DNA of 64,000 bases, taken from NCBI GenBank assembly GCA_977017575.1, contig CDRNVI010000090.1, positions 105,425 to 169,424 on the forward strand. Reading direction: 5' to 3'. This DNA is from Paramoeba atlantica (Eukaryota > Protista > Discosea). The notes under the pieces were generated by a model. That model made no database searches and had not been told where the DNA came from. It saw nothing but the letters and a program-made list of their open reading frames with translations. This document shows, in pieces, positions 41,623-56,673 of the stretch. The position numbers and the translations under genes are program-made. Every line of letters starts with the position of its first letter. Position 1 is the stretch's first letter.

Positions 41623-43740
41623 ATGTCGGAAACATTTGCGTTCCAAGCGGAGATCAATCAGCTGATGTCTCTCATCATCAACACCTTTTACAGCAATAAG
41701 GAGATTTTCTTACGCGAGCTGATCAGCAACTCTTCCGACGCCCTGGATAAGATTCGGTATCAAAGCCTTACAAACCCTGAAGTTCTTTCTGCGGATGAGA
41801 AGTTGCACATTCAATTGGTCGCGGACAAGGCGAACAAGACGTTGTCGGTTATTGACTCCGGGGTGGGTATGACGAAAGCGGACTTGGTGAATAACCTCGG
41901 CACGATTGCTCGATCCGGCACCAAGGCGTTCATGGAGGCCCTGGAATCGGGTGCGGACCTCAGTATGATCGGACAATTCGGTGTCGGGTTCTACTCGGCC
42001 TACCTGGTCGCGGACAAAGTCACCGTCGTCTCGAAGCACAATGACGACGAGGCGCACGTTTGGGAATTCTCCGCGGGTGGCACCTTCACCGTGGCTCCCT
42101 GCCCCTCGGCCCCAGTGAAGCGGGGGACAATGATCACGCTGCACCTGAAGGAGGACCAACAGGAGTACCTGGAAGAGCGACGACTGAAGGACCTCGTGAA
42201 GAAGCACTCCGAGTTCATCGGCTACGACATCGAGCTACAAGTCGAGCGCACCACGGAGAAGGAAGTTACGGACGACGAGGCGGAGGAGGAGAGGACGGAG
42301 GAAGTGAAACCGGAGGGAGGGGAGGACGAGCCCAAGGTAGAGGAGGCGGAGGAACCCCAGGAGGTGAAGAAGAAGACAAAGAAGGTGAAGGACGTCTCCG
42401 TGGAGTATGAGGTGCTGAACAAGAACAAGCCTCTGTGGACAAAGGACCCGAAGGAGGTGTCACAGGAGGAATACGCCGCCTTCTACAAGACCATCAGCAA
42501 CGACTGGGAGGAGCATCTCTCCGTCAAACACTTTAGCGTGGAAGGGCAGCTGGAATTCCGCGCAGTACTGTTCGTCCCGAAGCGTGCTCCATTCGACATG
42601 TTCGAGCCCAATCGCAAGCGAAACAACATTAAGCTGTACGTGCGTCGTGTCTTCATTATGGACAACTGTGAGGAGATCTGTCCGGAGTGGCTGGCGTTCA
42701 TTCGAGGCGTCGTCGACAGCGAAGACCTTCCGTTGAACATCTCCCGTGAGAACCTGCAGCAGAACAAAATCCTGAAGGTGATCCGGAAGAACGTCGTGAA
42801 GAAGGCGGTGGAGTTGTTCGAAGAGCTTGCTGCGGATAAGGACAGTTACAAGAAGTTCTATGAGCACTTCGGGAAGAACATCAAGCTTGGCATTCATGAG
42901 GATGCGACGAACCGAACCAAACTTTGCGAACTGCTACGCTACAACAGCACGAAGAGCGGCGAAGATGCTACGAGCTTGAAGGACTACGTCACCCGCATGA
43001 AGGAGGGCCAGAAGAGCATCTACTACATCACGGGAGACAGTCGCAAGAAGCTTGAGACATCCCCCTTCCTCGAAGAAGCCAAGCGGCGTGATATGGAAGT
43101 CCTGTTCATGGTGGATCCCATTGATGAATACGTCATGCAGCAGCTCAAGGACTTTGAGGATAAGAAATTCGTGTGTCTCACCAAGGAGGGCGTCAAGTTT
43201 GAAGAAACGGAGGAGGAGAAGAAGGCACGGGAGGAGAACAAAGCATCCTTCGAGAAGCTTTGCACGACGATCAAAGAGATTCTTGGTGAGAAGGTGGACA
43301 AGGTTGTGCTCACCGAGCGCTTGGCGACCTCCCCCTGTATCCTGGTTACCTCTGAACACGGGTGGAGTGCACACATGGAACAGATCATGAAGCACCAAGC
43401 CCTGCGAGACGCTTCCATGTCCTCATACATGGTGTCAAAGAAGACAATGGAGATCAATCCGCACCACAGCATTATTAAGGAGCTCCGACGTAAAGCGGAT
43501 ACTGATCAGAACGACAAGACCGTGAAGGATCTCGTCATGCTCCTCTTCGATACCGCGTTGTTGACCTCAGGGTTTAACCTTGAAGATCCTTCCTCCTACG
43601 GCGAACGCATCCACCGCATGGTGAAACTCGGCCTCTCCATCGATGACGACGAGCTTCCCCCTGCCCCCGTGGCGGCCAGCTCGGAAATGGATGCTGACGA
43701 TCTTGCGGAGGGCGAAGGACGTATGCAGGAGGTCGATTAA
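41623..43740 (+). CDS. HSP90: Cytosolic Hsp90 (HSP83) copy 2
   Basis: 705 aa; [32 protein letters not shown]-terminal MQEVD; private substitutions TLSVID, WEFSAG, EERTEE. Confidence 0.97.
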   Translation: MSETFAFQAEINQLMSLIINTFYSNKEIFLRELISNSSDALDKIRYQSLTNPEVLSADEKLHIQLVADKANKTLSVIDSGVGMTKADLVNNLGTIARSGTKAFMEALESGADLSMIGQFGVGFYSAYLVADKVTVVSKHNDDEAHVWEFSAGGTFTVAPCPSAPVKRGTMITLHLKEDQQEYLEERRLKDLVKKHSEFIGYDIELQVERTTEKEVTDDEAEEERTEEVKPEGGEDEPKVEEAEEPQEVKKKTKKVKDVSVEYEVLNKNKPLWTKDPKEVSQEEYAAFYKTISNDWEEHLSVKHFSVEGQLEFRAVLFVPKRAPFDMFEPNRKRNNIKLYVRRVFIMDNCEEICPEWLAFIRGVVDSEDLPLNISRENLQQNKILKVIRKNVVKKAVELFEELAADKDSYKKFYEHFGKNIKLGIHEDATNRTKLCELLRYNSTKSGEDATSLKDYVTRMKEGQKSIYYITGDSRKKLETSPFLEEAKRRDMEVLFMVDPIDEYVMQQLKDFEDKKFVCLTKEGVKFEETEEEKKAREENKASFEKLCTTIKEILGEKVDKVVLTERLATSPCILVTSEHGWSAHMEQIMKHQALRDASMSSYMVSKKTMEINPHHSIIKELRRKADTDQNDKTVKDLVMLLFDTALLTSGFNLEDPSSYGERIHRMVKLGLSIDDDELPPAPVAASSEMDADDLAEGEGRMQEVD

Positions 43741-44209
43741 GTCGCTTATCGGTTGATCCTATGAGATCACATTCGGGGAAGGAAATCAATTGCTAAATTT
43801 GATCTTTTTGCTTTTTACGAATTAAGTTCAAGGAACGCTGAAATGCAAGATAATCGCCAGGTTGAGCAAGATATGACACTTTGCTCCTGCAATATCTTTT
43901 GTTTTGTGCGAATCAAAGCAGTTCGTTACGCATGACAATTGTTCACCTTATGCTAGTTTCAAACAGTAAAGTTATTCACGCAACTTTAGGCGACTGGGTG
44001 ATGGTATAAACTATGATATACTCATATGATAAGTACTCCTTTTTAAAGTTAATGTTGGCAATATTCGGGATTTATATTGGAACCTCTTCTTCCTTGCTTG
44101 TATACTTTGCTAGACCTTATTCGAACTGCTCCTGCAGCCATATTCACCGATTTCACACAGAAATACTAGCCTTCTTTTTCATTTTCCTCTCTTTCCACTG
44201 CATTCCACA

Positions 44210-46325
44210 ATGTCGGAAACATTTGCGTTCCAAGCGGAGATCAATCAGCTGATGTCTCTCATCATCAACACCTTTTACAGCAATAAGGAGATTTTCTTAC
44301 GCGAGCTGATCAGCAACTCTTCCGACGCCCTGGATAAGATTCGGTATCAAAGCCTTACGAACCCTGAAGTTCTTTCTGCGGATGAGAAGTTGCACATTCA
44401 ATTGGTCGCGGACAAGGCGAACAAGACGTTGTCGATTATTGACTCCGGGGTGGGTATGACGAAAGCGGACTTGGTGAATAACCTCGGCACGATTGCTCGA
44501 TCCGGCACCAAGGCGTTCATGGAGGCCCTGGAATCGGGTGCGGACCTCAGTATGATCGGACAATTCGGTGTCGGGTTCTACTCGGCCTACCTGGTCGCGG
44601 ACAAAGTCACCGTCGTCTCGAAGCACAATGACGACGAGGCGCACGTTTGGGAATCCTCCGCGGGTGGCAACTTCACCGTGGCTCCCTGCCCCTCGGCCCC
44701 AGTGAAGCGGGGGACGATGATCACGCTGCACCTGAAGGAGGACCAACAGGAGTACCTGGAAGAGCGACGACTGAAGGACCTCGTGAAGAAGCACTCCGAG
44801 TTCATCGGCTACGACATCGAGCTACAAGTGGAGCGCACCACGGAGAAGGAAGTTACGGACGACGAGGCGGAGGAGGAAAAGGCGGAGGAAGTGAAACCGG
44901 AGGGAGGGGAGGACGAGCCCAAGGTAGAGGAGGCGGAGGAACCCCAGGAGGTGAAGAAGAAGACAGAAGGTGAAGGACGTCTCCGTGGAGTATGAGGTGC
45001 TGAACAAGAACAAGCCTCTGTGGACAAAGGACCCGAAGGAGGTGTCACAGGAGGAATACGCCGCCTTCTACAAGACCATCAGCAACGACTGGGAGGAGCA
45101 TCTCTCCGTCAAACACTTTAGCGTGGAAGGGCAGCTGGAATTCCGCGCAGTACTGTTCGTCCCGAAGCGTGCTCCATTCGACATGTTCGAGCCCAATCGC
45201 AAGCGAAACAACATTAAGCTGTACGTGCGTCGTGTCTTCATTATGGACAACTGTGAGGAGATCTGTCCGGAGTGGCTGGCGTTCATTCGAGGCGTCGTCG
45301 ACAGCGAAGACCTTCCGTTGAACATCTCCCGTGAGAACCTGCAGCAGAACAAAATCCTGAAGGTGATCCGGAAGAACGTCGTGAAGAAGGCGGTGGAGTT
45401 GTTCGAAGAGCTTGCTGCGGATAAGGACAGTTACAAGAAGTTCTATGAGCACTTCGGGAAGAACATCAAGCTTGGCATTCATGAGGATGCGACGAACCGA
45501 ACCAAACTTTGCGAACTGCTACGCTACAACAGCACGAAGAGCGGCGAAGATGCTACGAGCTTGAAGGACTACGTCACCCGCATGAAGGAGGGCCAGAAGA
45601 GCATCTACTACATCACGGGAGACAGTCGCAAGAAGCTTGAGACATCCCCCTTCCTCGAAGAAGCCAAGCGGCGTGATATGGAAGTCCTGTTCATGGTGGA
45701 TCCCATTGATGAATACGTCATGCAGCAGCTCAAGGACTTTGAGGATAAGAAATTCGTGTGTCTCACCAAGGAGGGCGTCAAGTTTGAAGAAACGGAGGAG
45801 GAGAAGAAGGCACGGGAGGAGAACAAAGCATCCTTCGAGAAGCTTTGCACGACGATCAAAGAGATTCTTGGTGAGAAGGTGGACAAGGTTGTGCTCACCG
45901 AGCGCTTGGCGACCTCCCCCTGTATCCTGGTTACCTCTGAACACGGGTGGAGTGCACACATGGAACAGATCATGAAGCACCAAGCCCTGCGAGACGCTTC
46001 CATGTCCTCGTACATGGTGTCAAAGAAGACAATGGAGATCAATCCGCACCACAGCATTATTAAGGAGCTCCGACGTAAAGCGGATACTGATCAGAACGAC
46101 AAGACCGTGAAGGATCTCGTCATGCTCCTCTTCGATACCGCGTTGTTGACCTCAGGGTTTAACCTTGAAGATCCTTCCTCCTACGGCGAACGCATCCACC
46201 GCATGGTGAAACTCGGCCTCTCCATCGATGACGACGAGCTTCCCCCTGCCCCCGTGGCGGCCAGCTCGGAAATGGATGCTGACGATCTTGCGGAGGGCGA
46301 AGGACGTATGCAGGAGGTCGATTAA
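44210..46325 (+). pseudogene. HSP90: HSP90 copy 3 with a 2-nt deletion frameshift near 44964 (real lesion or assembly error)
   Basis: aagaagacagaaggtg versus aagaagacaaagaaggtg in other copies; this unit is 2585 bp. Confidence 0.75.
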
Positions 46326-46794
46326 GTCGCTTATCGGTTGATCCTATGAGATCACATTCGGGGAAGGAAATCAATTGCTAAATTTGATCTTTTTTCTTTT
46401 TACGAATTAAGTTCAAGGAACGCTGAAATGCAAGATAATCGCCAGGTTGAGCAAGATATGACACTTTGCTCCTGCAATATCTTTTGTTTTGTGCGAATCA
46501 AAGCAGTTCGTTACGCATGACAATTGTTCACCTTATGCTAGTTTCAAACAGTAAAGTTATTCACGCAACTTTAGGCGACTGGGTGATGGTATAAACTATG
46601 ATATACTCATATGATAAGTACTCCTTTTTAAAGTTAATGTTGGCAATATTCGGGATTTATATTGGAACCTCTTCTTCCTTGCTTGTATACTTTGCTAGAC
46701 CTTATTCGAACTGTTCTTGCAGCCATATTCACCGATTTCACACAGAAATACTAGCCTTCTTTTTCATTTTCCTCTCTTTCCACTGCATTCCACA

Positions 46795-48912
46795 ATGTCG
46801 GAAACATTTGCGTTCCAAGCGGAGATCAATCAGCTGATGTCTCTCATCATCAACACCTTTTACAGCAATAAGGAGATTTTCTTACGCGAGCTGATCAGCA
46901 ACTCTTCCGACGCCCTGGATAAGATTCGGTATCAAAGCCTTACGAACCCTGAAGTTCTTTCTGCGGATGAGAAGTTGCACATTCAATTGGTCGCGGACAA
47001 GGCGAACAAGACGTTGTCGATTATTGACTCCGGGGTGGGTATGACGAAAGCGGACTTGGTGAATAACCTCGGCACGATTGCTCGATCCGGCACCAAGGCG
47101 TTCATGGAGGCCCTGGAATCGGGTGCGGACCTCAGTATGATCGGACAATTCGGTGTCGGGTTCTACTCGGCCTACCTGGTCGCGGACAAAGTCACCGTCG
47201 TCTCGAAGCACAATGACGACGAGGCGCACGTTTGGGAATCCTCCGCGGGTGGCACCTTCACCGTGGCTCCCTGCCCCTCGGCCCCAGTGAAGCGGGGGAC
47301 AATGATCACGCTGCACCTGAAGGAGGACCAACAGGAGTACCTGGAAGAGCGACGACTGAAGGACCTCGTGAAGAAGCACTCCGAGTTCATCGGCTACGAC
47401 ATCGAGCTACAAGTGGAGCGCACCACGGAGAAGGAAGTTACGGACGACGAGGCGGAGGAGGAAAAGGCGGAGGAAGTGAAACCGGAGGGAGGGGAGGACG
47501 AGCCCAAGGTAGAGGAGGCGGAGGAACCCCAGGAGGTGAAGAAGAAGACAAAGAAGGTGAAGGACGTCTCCGTGGAGTATGAGGTGCTGAACAAGAACAA
47601 GCCTCTGTGGACAAAGGACCCGAAGGAGGTGTCACAGGAGGAATACGCCGCCTTCTACAAGACCATCAGCAACGACTGGGAGGAGCATCTCTCCGTCAAA
47701 CACTTTAGCGTGGAAGGGCAGCTGGAATTCCGCGCAGTACTGTTCGTCCCGAAGCGTGCTCCATTCGACATGTTCGAGCCCAATCGCAAGCGAAACAACA
47801 TTAAGCTGTACGTGCGTCGTGTCTTCATTATGGACAACTGTGAGGAGATCTGTCCGGAGTGGCTGGCGTTCATTCGAGGCGTCGTCGACAGCGAAGACCT
47901 TCCGTTGAACATCTCCCGTGAGAACCTGCAGCAGAACAAAATCCTGAAGGTGATCCGGAAGAACGTCGTGAAGAAGGCGGTGGAGTTGTTCGAAGAGCTT
48001 GCTGCGGATAAGGACAGTTACAAGAAGTTCTATGAGCACTTCGGGAAGAACATCAAGCTTGGCATTCATGAGGATGCGACGAACCGAACCAAACTTTGCG
48101 AACTGCTACGCTACAACAGCACGAAGAGCGGCGAAGATGCTACGAGCTTGAAGGACTACGTCACCCGCATGAAGGAGGGCCAGAAGAGCATCTACTACAT
48201 CACGGGAGACAGTCGCAAGAAGCTTGAGACATCCCCCTTCCTCGAAGAAGCCAAGCGGCGTGATATGGAAGTCCTGTTCATGGTGAATCCCATTGATGAA
48301 TACGTCATGCAGCAGCTCAAGGACTTTGAGGATAAGAAATTCGTGTGTCTCACCAAGGAGGGCGTCAAGTTTGAAGAAACGGAGGAGGAGAAGAAGGCAC
48401 GGGAGGAGAACAAAGCATCCTTCGAGAAGCTTTGCACGACGATCAAAGAGATTCTTGGTGAGAAGGTGGACAAGGTTGTGCTCACCGAGCGCTTGGCGAC
48501 CTCCCCCTGTATCCTGGTTACCTCTGAACACGGGTGGAGTGCACACATGGAACAGATCATGAAGCACCAAGCCCTGCGAGACGCTTCCATGTCCTCGTAC
48601 ATGGTGTCAAAGAAGACAATGGAGATCAATCCGCACCACAGCATTATTAAGGAGCTCCGACGTAAAGCGGATACTGATCAGAACGACAAGACCGTGAAGG
48701 ATCTCGTCATGCTCCTCTTCGATACCGCGTTGTTGACCTCAGGGTTTAACCTTGAAGATCCTTCCTCCTACGGCGAACGCATCCACCGCATGGTGAAACT
48801 CGGCCTCTCCATCGATGACGACGAGCTTCCCCCTGCCCCCGTGGCGGCCAGCTCGGAAATGGATGCTGACGATCTTGCGGAGGGCGAAGGACGTATGCAG
48901 GAGGTCGATTAA
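46795..48912 (+). CDS. HSP90: Cytosolic Hsp90 copy 4
   Basis: Full 705-aa ORF; private MVNPIDE (D to N). Confidence 0.97.
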   Translation: MSETFAFQAEINQLMSLIINTFYSNKEIFLRELISNSSDALDKIRYQSLTNPEVLSADEKLHIQLVADKANKTLSIIDSGVGMTKADLVNNLGTIARSGTKAFMEALESGADLSMIGQFGVGFYSAYLVADKVTVVSKHNDDEAHVWESSAGGTFTVAPCPSAPVKRGTMITLHLKEDQQEYLEERRLKDLVKKHSEFIGYDIELQVERTTEKEVTDDEAEEEKAEEVKPEGGEDEPKVEEAEEPQEVKKKTKKVKDVSVEYEVLNKNKPLWTKDPKEVSQEEYAAFYKTISNDWEEHLSVKHFSVEGQLEFRAVLFVPKRAPFDMFEPNRKRNNIKLYVRRVFIMDNCEEICPEWLAFIRGVVDSEDLPLNISRENLQQNKILKVIRKNVVKKAVELFEELAADKDSYKKFYEHFGKNIKLGIHEDATNRTKLCELLRYNSTKSGEDATSLKDYVTRMKEGQKSIYYITGDSRKKLETSPFLEEAKRRDMEVLFMVNPIDEYVMQQLKDFEDKKFVCLTKEGVKFEETEEEKKAREENKASFEKLCTTIKEILGEKVDKVVLTERLATSPCILVTSEHGWSAHMEQIMKHQALRDASMSSYMVSKKTMEINPHHSIIKELRRKADTDQNDKTVKDLVMLLFDTALLTSGFNLEDPSSYGERIHRMVKLGLSIDDDELPPAPVAASSEMDADDLAEGEGRMQEVD

Positions 48913-49381
48913 GTCGCTTATCGGTTGATCCTATGAGATCACATTCGGGGAAGGAAATCAATTGCTAAATTTGATCTTTTTGCTTTTTACGAATTAAGTT
49001 CAAGGAACGCTGAAATGCAAGATAATCGCCAGGTTGAGCAAGATATGACACTTTGCTCCTGCAATATCTTTTGTTTTGTGCGAATCAAAGCAGTTCGTTA
49101 CGCATGACAATTGTTCATCTTATGCTAGTTTCAAACAGTAAAGTTATTCACGCAACTTTAGGAGACTGGGTGATGGTATAAACTATGATATACTCATATG
49201 ATAAGTACTCCTTTTTAAAGTTAATGTTGGCAATATTCGGGATTTATATTGGAATCTCTTCTTCCCTGCTTGTATACTTTGCTAGACCTTATTCGAACTG
49301 TTCTTGCAGCCATATTCTCCGATTTCACACAGAAATACTAGCCTTCTTTTTCATTTTCCTCTCTTTCCACTGCATTCCACA

Positions 49382-51499
49382 ATGTCGGAAACATTTGCGT
49401 TCCAAGCGGAGATCAATCAGCTGATGTCTCTCATCATCAACACCTTTTACAGCAATAAGGAGATTTTCTTACGCGAGCTGATCAGCAACTCTTCCGACGC
49501 CCTGGATAAGATTCGGTATCAAAGCCTTACGAACCCTGAAGTTCTTTCTGCGGATGAGAAGTTGCACATTCAATTGGTCGCGGACAAGGCGAACAAGACG
49601 TTGTCGATTATTGACTCCGGGGTGGGTATGACGAAAGCGGACTTGGTGAATAACCTCGGCACGATTGCTCGATCCGGCACCAAGGCGTTCATGGAGGCCC
49701 TGGAATCGGGTGCGGACCTCAGTATGATCGGACAATTCGGTGTCGGGTTCTACTCGGCCTACCTGGTCGCGGACAAAGTCACTGTCGTCTCGAAGCACAA
49801 TGACGACGAGGCGCACGTTTGGGAATCCTCCGCGGGTGGCACCTTCACCGTGGCTCCCTGCCCCTCGGCCCCAGTGAAGCGGGGGACAATGATCACGCTG
49901 CACCTGAAGGAGGACCAACAGGAGTACCTGGAAGAGCGACGACTGAAGGACCTCGTGAAGAAGCACTCCGAGTTCATCGGCTACGACATCGAGCTACAAG
50001 TGGAGCGCACCACGGAGAAGGAAGTTACGGACGACGAGGCGGAGGAGGAAAAGGCGGAGGAAGTGAAACCGGAGGGAGGGGAGGACGAGCCCAAGGTAGA
50101 GGAGGCGGAGGAACCCCAGGAGGTGAAGAAGAAGACAAAGAAGGTGAAGGACGTCTCCGTGGAGTATGAGGTGCTGAACAAGAACAAGCCTCTGTGGACA
50201 AAGGACCCGAAGGAGGTGTCACAGGAGGAATACGCCGCCTTCTACAAGACCATCAGCAACGACTGGGAGGAGCATCTCTCCGTCAAACACTTTAGCGTGG
50301 AAGGGCAGCTGGAATTCCGCGCAGTACTGTTCGTCCCGAAGCGTGCTCCATTCGACATGTTCGAGCCCAATCGCAAGCGAAACAACATTAAGCTGTACGT
50401 GCGTCGTGTCTTCATTATGGACAACTGTGAGGAGATCTGTCCGGAGTGGCTGGCGTTCATTCGAGGCGTCGTCGACAGCGAAGACCTTCCGTTGAACATC
50501 TCCCGTGAGAACCTGCAGCAGAACAAAATCCTGAAGGTGATCCGGAAGAACGTCGTGAAGAAGGCGGTGGAGTTGTTCGAAGAGCTTGCTGCGGATAAGG
50601 ACAGTTACAAGAAGTTCTATGAGCACTTCGGGAAGAACATCAAGCTTGGCATTCATGAGGATGCGACGAACCGAACCAAACTTTGCGAACTGCTACGCTA
50701 CAACAGCACGAAGAGCGGCGAAGATGCTACGAGCTTGAAGGACTACGTCACCCGCATGAAGGAGGGCCAGAAGAGCATCTACTACATCACGGGAGACAGT
50801 CGCAAGAAGCTTGAGACATCCCCCTTCCTCGAAGAAGCCAAGCGGCGTGATATGGAAGTCCTGTTCATGGTGGATCCCATTGATGAATACGTCATGCAGC
50901 AGCTCAAGGACTTTGAGGATAAGAAATTCGTGTGTCTCACCAAGGAGGGCGTCAAGTTTGAAGAAACGGAGGAGGAGAAGAAGGCACGGGAGGAGAACAA
51001 AGCATCCTTCGAGAAGCTTTGCACGACGATCAAAGAGATTCTTGGTGAGAAGGTGGACAAGGTTGTGCTCACCGAGCGCTTGGCGACCTCCCCCTGTATC
51101 CTGGTTACCTCTGAACACGGGTGGAGTGCACACATGGAACAGATCATGAAGCACCAAGCCCTGCGAGACGCTTCCATGTCCTCGTACATGGTGTCAAAGA
51201 AGACAATGGAGATCAATCCGCACCACAGCATTATTAAGGAGCTCCGACGTAAAGCGGATACTGATCAGAACGACAAGACCGTGAAGGATCTCGTCATGCT
51301 CCTCTTCGATACCGCGTTGTTGACCTCAGGGTTTAACCTTGAAGATCCTTCCTCCTACGGCGAACGCATCCACCGCATGGTGAAACTCGGCCTCTCCATC
51401 GATGACGACGAGCTTCCCCCTGCCCCCGTGGCGGCCAGCTCGGAAATGGATGCTGACGATCTTGCGGAGGGCGAAGGACGTATGCAGGAGGTCGATTAA
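49382..51499 (+). CDS. HSP90: Cytosolic Hsp90 copy 5
   Basis: Full 705-aa ORF. Confidence 0.97.
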   Translation: MSETFAFQAEINQLMSLIINTFYSNKEIFLRELISNSSDALDKIRYQSLTNPEVLSADEKLHIQLVADKANKTLSIIDSGVGMTKADLVNNLGTIARSGTKAFMEALESGADLSMIGQFGVGFYSAYLVADKVTVVSKHNDDEAHVWESSAGGTFTVAPCPSAPVKRGTMITLHLKEDQQEYLEERRLKDLVKKHSEFIGYDIELQVERTTEKEVTDDEAEEEKAEEVKPEGGEDEPKVEEAEEPQEVKKKTKKVKDVSVEYEVLNKNKPLWTKDPKEVSQEEYAAFYKTISNDWEEHLSVKHFSVEGQLEFRAVLFVPKRAPFDMFEPNRKRNNIKLYVRRVFIMDNCEEICPEWLAFIRGVVDSEDLPLNISRENLQQNKILKVIRKNVVKKAVELFEELAADKDSYKKFYEHFGKNIKLGIHEDATNRTKLCELLRYNSTKSGEDATSLKDYVTRMKEGQKSIYYITGDSRKKLETSPFLEEAKRRDMEVLFMVDPIDEYVMQQLKDFEDKKFVCLTKEGVKFEETEEEKKAREENKASFEKLCTTIKEILGEKVDKVVLTERLATSPCILVTSEHGWSAHMEQIMKHQALRDASMSSYMVSKKTMEINPHHSIIKELRRKADTDQNDKTVKDLVMLLFDTALLTSGFNLEDPSSYGERIHRMVKLGLSIDDDELPPAPVAASSEMDADDLAEGEGRMQEVD

Positions 51500-51968
51500 T
51501 TCGCTTATCGGTTGATCCTATGAGATCACATTCGGGGAAGGAAATCAATTGCTAAATTTGATCTTTTTGCTTTTTACGAATTAAGTTCAAGGAACGCTGA
51601 AATGCAAGATAATCGCCAGGTTGAGCAAGATATGACACTTTGCTCCTGCAATATCTTTTGTTTTGTGCGAATCAAAGCAGTTCGTTACGCATGACAATTG
51701 TTCACCTTATGCTAGTTTCAAACAGTAAAGTTATTCACGCAACTTTAGGCGACTGGGTGATGGTATAAACTATGATATACTCATATGATAAGTACTCCTT
51801 TTTAAAGTTAATGTTGGCAATATTCGGGATTTATATTGGAACCTCTTCTTCCTTGCTTGTATACTTTGCTAGACCTTATTCGAACTGTTCTTGCAGCCAT
51901 ATTCACCGATTTCACACAGAAATACTAGCCTTCTTTTTCATTTTCCTCTCTTTCCACTGCATTCCACA

Positions 51969-54086
51969 ATGTCGGAAACATTTGCGTTCCAAGCGGAGAT
52001 CAATCAGCTGATGTCTCTCATCATCAACACCTTTTACAGCAATAAGGAGATTTTCTTACGCGAGCTGATCAGCAACTCTTCCGACGCCCTGGATAAGATT
52101 CGGTATCAAAGCCTTACGAACCCTGAAGTTCTTTCTGCGGATGAGAAGTTGCACATTCAATTGGTCGCGGACAAGGCGAACAAGACGTTGTCGATTATTG
52201 ACTCCGGGGTGGGTATGACGAAAGCGGACTTGGTGAATAACCTCGGCACGATTGCTCGATCCGGCACCAAGGCGTTCATGGAGGCCCTGGAATCGGGTGC
52301 GGACCTCAGTATGATCGGACAATTCGGTGTCGGGTTCTACTCGGCCTACCTGGTCGCGGACAAAGTCACCGTCGTCTCGAAGCACAATGACGACGAGGCG
52401 CACGTTTGGGAATCCTCCGCGGGTGGCACCTTCACCGTGGCTCCCTGCCCCTCGGCCCCAGTGAAGCGGGGGACAATGATCACGCTGCACCTGAAGGAGG
52501 ACCAACAGGAGTACCTGGAAGAGCGACGACTGAAGGACCTCGTGAAGAAGCACTCCGAGTTCATCGGCTACGACATCGAGCTACAAGTGGAGCGCACCAC
52601 GGAGAAGGAAGTTACGGACGACGAGGCGGAGGAGGAAAAGGCGGAGGAAGTGAAACCGGAGGGAGGGGAGGACGAGCCCAAGGTAGAGGAGGCGGAGGAA
52701 CCCCAGCAGGTGAAGAAGAAGACAAAGAAGGTGAAGGACGTCTCCGTGGAGTATGAGGTGCTGAACAAGAACAAGCCTCTGTGGACAAAGGACCCGAAGG
52801 AGGTGTCACAGGAGGAATACGCCGCCTTCTACAAGACCATCAGCAACGACTGGGAGGAGCATCTCTCCGTCAAACACTTTAGCGTGGAAGGGCAGCTGGA
52901 ATTCCGCGCAGTACTGTTCGTCCCGAAGCGTGCTCCATTCGACATGTTCGAGCCCAATCGCAAGCGAAACAACATTAAGCTGTACGTGCGTCGTGTCTTC
53001 ATTATGGACAACTGTGAGGAGATCTGTCCGGAGTGGCTGGCGTTCATTCGAGGCGTCGTCGACAGCGAAGACCTTCCGTTGAACATCTCCCGTGAGAACC
53101 TGCAGCAGAACAAAATCCTGAAGGTGATCCGGAAGAACGTCGTGAAGAAGGCGGTGGAGTTGTTCGAAGAGCTTGCTGCGGATAAGGACAGTTACAAGAA
53201 GTTCTATGAGCACTTCGGGAAGAACATCAAGCTTGGCATTCATGAGGATGCGACGAACCGAACCAAACTTTGCGAACTGCTACGCTACAACAGCACGAAG
53301 AGCGGCGAAGATGCTACGAGCTTGAAGGACTACGTCACCCGCATGAAGGAGGGCCAGAAGAGCATCTACTACATCACGGGAGACAGTCGCAAGAAGCTTG
53401 AGACATCCCCCTTCCTCGAAGAAGCCAAGCGGCGTGATATGGAAGTCCTGTTCATGGTGGATCCCATTGATGAATACGTCATGCAGCAGCTCAAGGACTT
53501 TGAGGATAAGAAATTCGTGTGTCTCACCAAGGAGGGCGTCAAGTTTGAAGAAACGGAGGAGGAGAAGAAGGCACGGGAGGAGAACAAAGCATCCTTCGAG
53601 AAGCTTTGCACGACGATCAAAGAGATTCTTGGTGAGAAGGTGGACAAGGTTGTGCTCACCGAGCGCTTGGCGACCTCCCCCTGTATCCTGGTTACCTCTG
53701 AACACGGGTGGAGTGCACACATGGAACAGATCATGAAGCACCAAGCCCTGCGAGACGCTTCCATGTCCTCGTACATGGTGTCAAAGAAGACAATGGAGAT
53801 CAATCCGCACCACAGCATTATTAAGGAGCTCCGACGTAAAGCGGATACTGATCAGAACGACAAGACCGTGAAGGATCTCGTCATGCTCCTCTTCGATACC
53901 GCGTTGTTGACCTCAGGGTTTAACCTTGAAGATCCTTCCTCCTACGGCGAACGCATCCACCGCATGGTGAAACTCGGCCTCTCCATCGATGACGACGAGC
54001 TTCCCCCTGCCCCCGTGGCGGCCAGCTCGGAAATGGATGCTGACGATCTTGCGGAGGGCGAAGGACGTATGCAGGAGGTCGATTAA
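51969..54086 (+). CDS. HSP90: Cytosolic Hsp90 copy 6
   Basis: Full 705-aa ORF; private EPQQVK (E to Q). Confidence 0.97.
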   Translation: MSETFAFQAEINQLMSLIINTFYSNKEIFLRELISNSSDALDKIRYQSLTNPEVLSADEKLHIQLVADKANKTLSIIDSGVGMTKADLVNNLGTIARSGTKAFMEALESGADLSMIGQFGVGFYSAYLVADKVTVVSKHNDDEAHVWESSAGGTFTVAPCPSAPVKRGTMITLHLKEDQQEYLEERRLKDLVKKHSEFIGYDIELQVERTTEKEVTDDEAEEEKAEEVKPEGGEDEPKVEEAEEPQQVKKKTKKVKDVSVEYEVLNKNKPLWTKDPKEVSQEEYAAFYKTISNDWEEHLSVKHFSVEGQLEFRAVLFVPKRAPFDMFEPNRKRNNIKLYVRRVFIMDNCEEICPEWLAFIRGVVDSEDLPLNISRENLQQNKILKVIRKNVVKKAVELFEELAADKDSYKKFYEHFGKNIKLGIHEDATNRTKLCELLRYNSTKSGEDATSLKDYVTRMKEGQKSIYYITGDSRKKLETSPFLEEAKRRDMEVLFMVDPIDEYVMQQLKDFEDKKFVCLTKEGVKFEETEEEKKAREENKASFEKLCTTIKEILGEKVDKVVLTERLATSPCILVTSEHGWSAHMEQIMKHQALRDASMSSYMVSKKTMEINPHHSIIKELRRKADTDQNDKTVKDLVMLLFDTALLTSGFNLEDPSSYGERIHRMVKLGLSIDDDELPPAPVAASSEMDADDLAEGEGRMQEVD

Positions 54087-54555
54087 GTCGCTTATCGGTT
54101 GATCCTATGAGATCACATTCGGGGAAGGAAATCAATTGCTAAATTTGATCTTTTTGCTTTTTACGAATTAAGTTCAAGGAACGCTGAAATGCAAGATAAT
54201 CGCCAGGTTGAGCAAGATATGACACTTTGCTCCTGCAATATCTTTTGTTTTGTGCGAATCAAAGCAGTTCGTTACGCATGACAATTGTTCATCTTATGCT
54301 AGTTTCAAACAGTAAAGTTATTCACGCAACTTTAGGAGACTGGGTGATGGTATAAACTATGATATACTCATATGATAAGTACTCCTTTTTAAAGTTAATG
54401 TTGGCAATATTCGGGATTTATATTGGAATCTCTTCTTCCCTGCTTGTATACTTTGCTAGACCTTATTCGAACTGTTCTTGCAGCCATATTCTCCGATTTC
54501 ACACAGAAATACTAGCCTTCTTTTTCATTTTCCTCTCTTTCCACTGCATTCCACA

Positions 54556-56673
54556 ATGTCGGAAACATTTGCGTTCCAAGCGGAGATCAATCAGCTGATG
54601 TCTCTCATCATCAACACCTTTTACAGCAATAAGGAGATTTTCTTACGCGAGCTGATCAGCAACTCTTCCGACGCCCTGGATAAGATTCGGTATCAAAGCC
54701 TTACGAACCCTGAAGTTCTTTCTGCGGATGAGAAGTTGCACATTCAATTGGTCGCGGACAAGGCGAACAAGACGTTGTCGATTATTGACTCCGGGGTGGG
54801 TATGACGAAAGCGGACTTGGTGAATAACCTCGGCACGATTGCTCGATCCGGCACCAAGGCGTTCATGGAGGCCCTGGAATCGGGTGCGGACCTCAGTATG
54901 ATCGGACAATTCGGTGTCGGGTTCTACTCGGCCTACCTGGTCGCGGACAAAGTCACTGTCGTCTCGAAGCACAATGACGACGAGGCGCACGTTTGGGAAT
55001 CCTCCGCGGGTGGCACCTTCACCGTGGCTCCCTGCCCCTCGGCCCCAGTGAAGCGGGGGACAATGATCACGCTGCACCTGAAGGAGGACCAACAGGAGTA
55101 CCTGGAAGAGCGACGACTGAAGGACCTCGTGAAGAAGCACTCCGAGTTCATCGGCTACGACATCGAGCTACAAGTGGAGCGCACCACGGAGAAGGAAGTT
55201 ACGGACGACGAGGCGGAGGAGGAAAAGGCGGAGGAAGTGAAACCGGAGGGAGGGGAGGACGAGCCCAAGGTAGAGGAGGCGGAGGAACCCCAGGAGGTGA
55301 AGAAGAAGACAAAGAAGGTGAAGGACGTCTCCGTGGAGTATGAGGTGCTGAACAAGAACAAGCCTCTGTGGACAAAGGACCCGAAGGAGGTGTCACAGGA
55401 GGAATACGCCGCCTTCTACAAGACCATCAGCAACGACTGGGAGGAGCATCTCTCCGTCAAACACTTTAGCGTGGAAGGGCAGCTGGAATTCCGCGCAGTA
55501 CTGTTCGTCCCGAAGCGTGCTCCATTCGACATGTTCGAGCCCAATCGCAAGCGAAACAACATTAAGCTGTACGTGCGTCGTGTCTTCATTATGGACAACT
55601 GTGAGGAGATCTGTCCGGAGTGGCTGGCGTTCATTCGAGGCGTCGTCGACAGCGAAGACCTTCCGTTGAACATCTCCCGTGAGAACCTGCAGCAGAACAA
55701 AATCCTGAAGGTGATCCGGAAGAACGTCGTGAAGAAGGCGGTGGAGTTGTTCGAAGAGCTTGCTGCGGATAAGGACAGTTACAAGAAGTTCTATGAGCAC
55801 TTCGGGAAGAACATCAAGCTTGGCATTCATGAGGATGCGACGAACCGAACCAAACTTTGCGAACTGCTACGCTACAACAGCACGAAGAGCGGCGAAGATG
55901 CTACGAGCTTGAAGGACTACGTCACCCGCATGAAGGAGGGCCAGAAGAGCATCTACTACATCACGGGAGACAGTCGCAAGAAGCTTGAGACATCCCCCTT
56001 CCTCGAAGAAGCCAAGCGGCGTGATATGGAAGTCCTGTTCATGGTGGATCCCATTGATGAATACGTCATGCAGCAGCTCAAGGACTTTGAGGATAAGAAA
56101 TTCGTGTGTCTCACCAAGGAGGGCGTCAAGTTTGAAGAAACGGAGGAGGAGAAGAAGGCACGGGAGGAGAACAAAGCATCCTTCGAGAAGCTTTGCACGA
56201 CGATCAAAGAGATTCTTGGTGAGAAGGTGGACAAGGTTGTGCTCACCGAGCGCTTGGCGACCTCCCCCTGTATCCTGGTTACCTCTGAACACGGGTGGAG
56301 TGCACACATGGAACAGATCATGAAGCACCAAGCCCTGCGAGACGCTTCCATGTCCTCGTACATGGTGTCAAAGAAGACAATGGAGATCAATCCGCACCAC
56401 AGCATTATTAAGGAGCTCCGACGTAAAGCGGATACTGATCAGAACGACAAGACCGTGAAGGATCTCGTCATGCTCCTCTTCGATACCGCGTTGTTGACCT
56501 CAGGGTTTAACCTTGAAGATCCTTCCTCCTACGGCGAACGCATCCACCGCATGGTGAAACTCGGCCTCTCCATCGATGACGACGAGCTTCCCCCTGCCCC
56601 CGTGGCGGCCAGCTCGGAAATGGATGCTGACGATCTTGCGGAGGGCGAAGGACGTATGCAGGAGGTCGATTAA
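54556..56673 (+). CDS. HSP90: Cytosolic Hsp90 copy 7
   Basis: Full 705-aa ORF. Confidence 0.97.
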   Translation: MSETFAFQAEINQLMSLIINTFYSNKEIFLRELISNSSDALDKIRYQSLTNPEVLSADEKLHIQLVADKANKTLSIIDSGVGMTKADLVNNLGTIARSGTKAFMEALESGADLSMIGQFGVGFYSAYLVADKVTVVSKHNDDEAHVWESSAGGTFTVAPCPSAPVKRGTMITLHLKEDQQEYLEERRLKDLVKKHSEFIGYDIELQVERTTEKEVTDDEAEEEKAEEVKPEGGEDEPKVEEAEEPQEVKKKTKKVKDVSVEYEVLNKNKPLWTKDPKEVSQEEYAAFYKTISNDWEEHLSVKHFSVEGQLEFRAVLFVPKRAPFDMFEPNRKRNNIKLYVRRVFIMDNCEEICPEWLAFIRGVVDSEDLPLNISRENLQQNKILKVIRKNVVKKAVELFEELAADKDSYKKFYEHFGKNIKLGIHEDATNRTKLCELLRYNSTKSGEDATSLKDYVTRMKEGQKSIYYITGDSRKKLETSPFLEEAKRRDMEVLFMVDPIDEYVMQQLKDFEDKKFVCLTKEGVKFEETEEEKKAREENKASFEKLCTTIKEILGEKVDKVVLTERLATSPCILVTSEHGWSAHMEQIMKHQALRDASMSSYMVSKKTMEINPHHSIIKELRRKADTDQNDKTVKDLVMLLFDTALLTSGFNLEDPSSYGERIHRMVKLGLSIDDDELPPAPVAASSEMDADDLAEGEGRMQEVD

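Noticed and set aside
41426-41665. 79-aa ATG ORF (MIYSYDKY...) in every spacer
   Set aside because: Spans the putative splice-acceptor tract, overlaps the HSP90 start out of frame, and its SNPs include amino-acid changes; conservation is explained by array homogenisation
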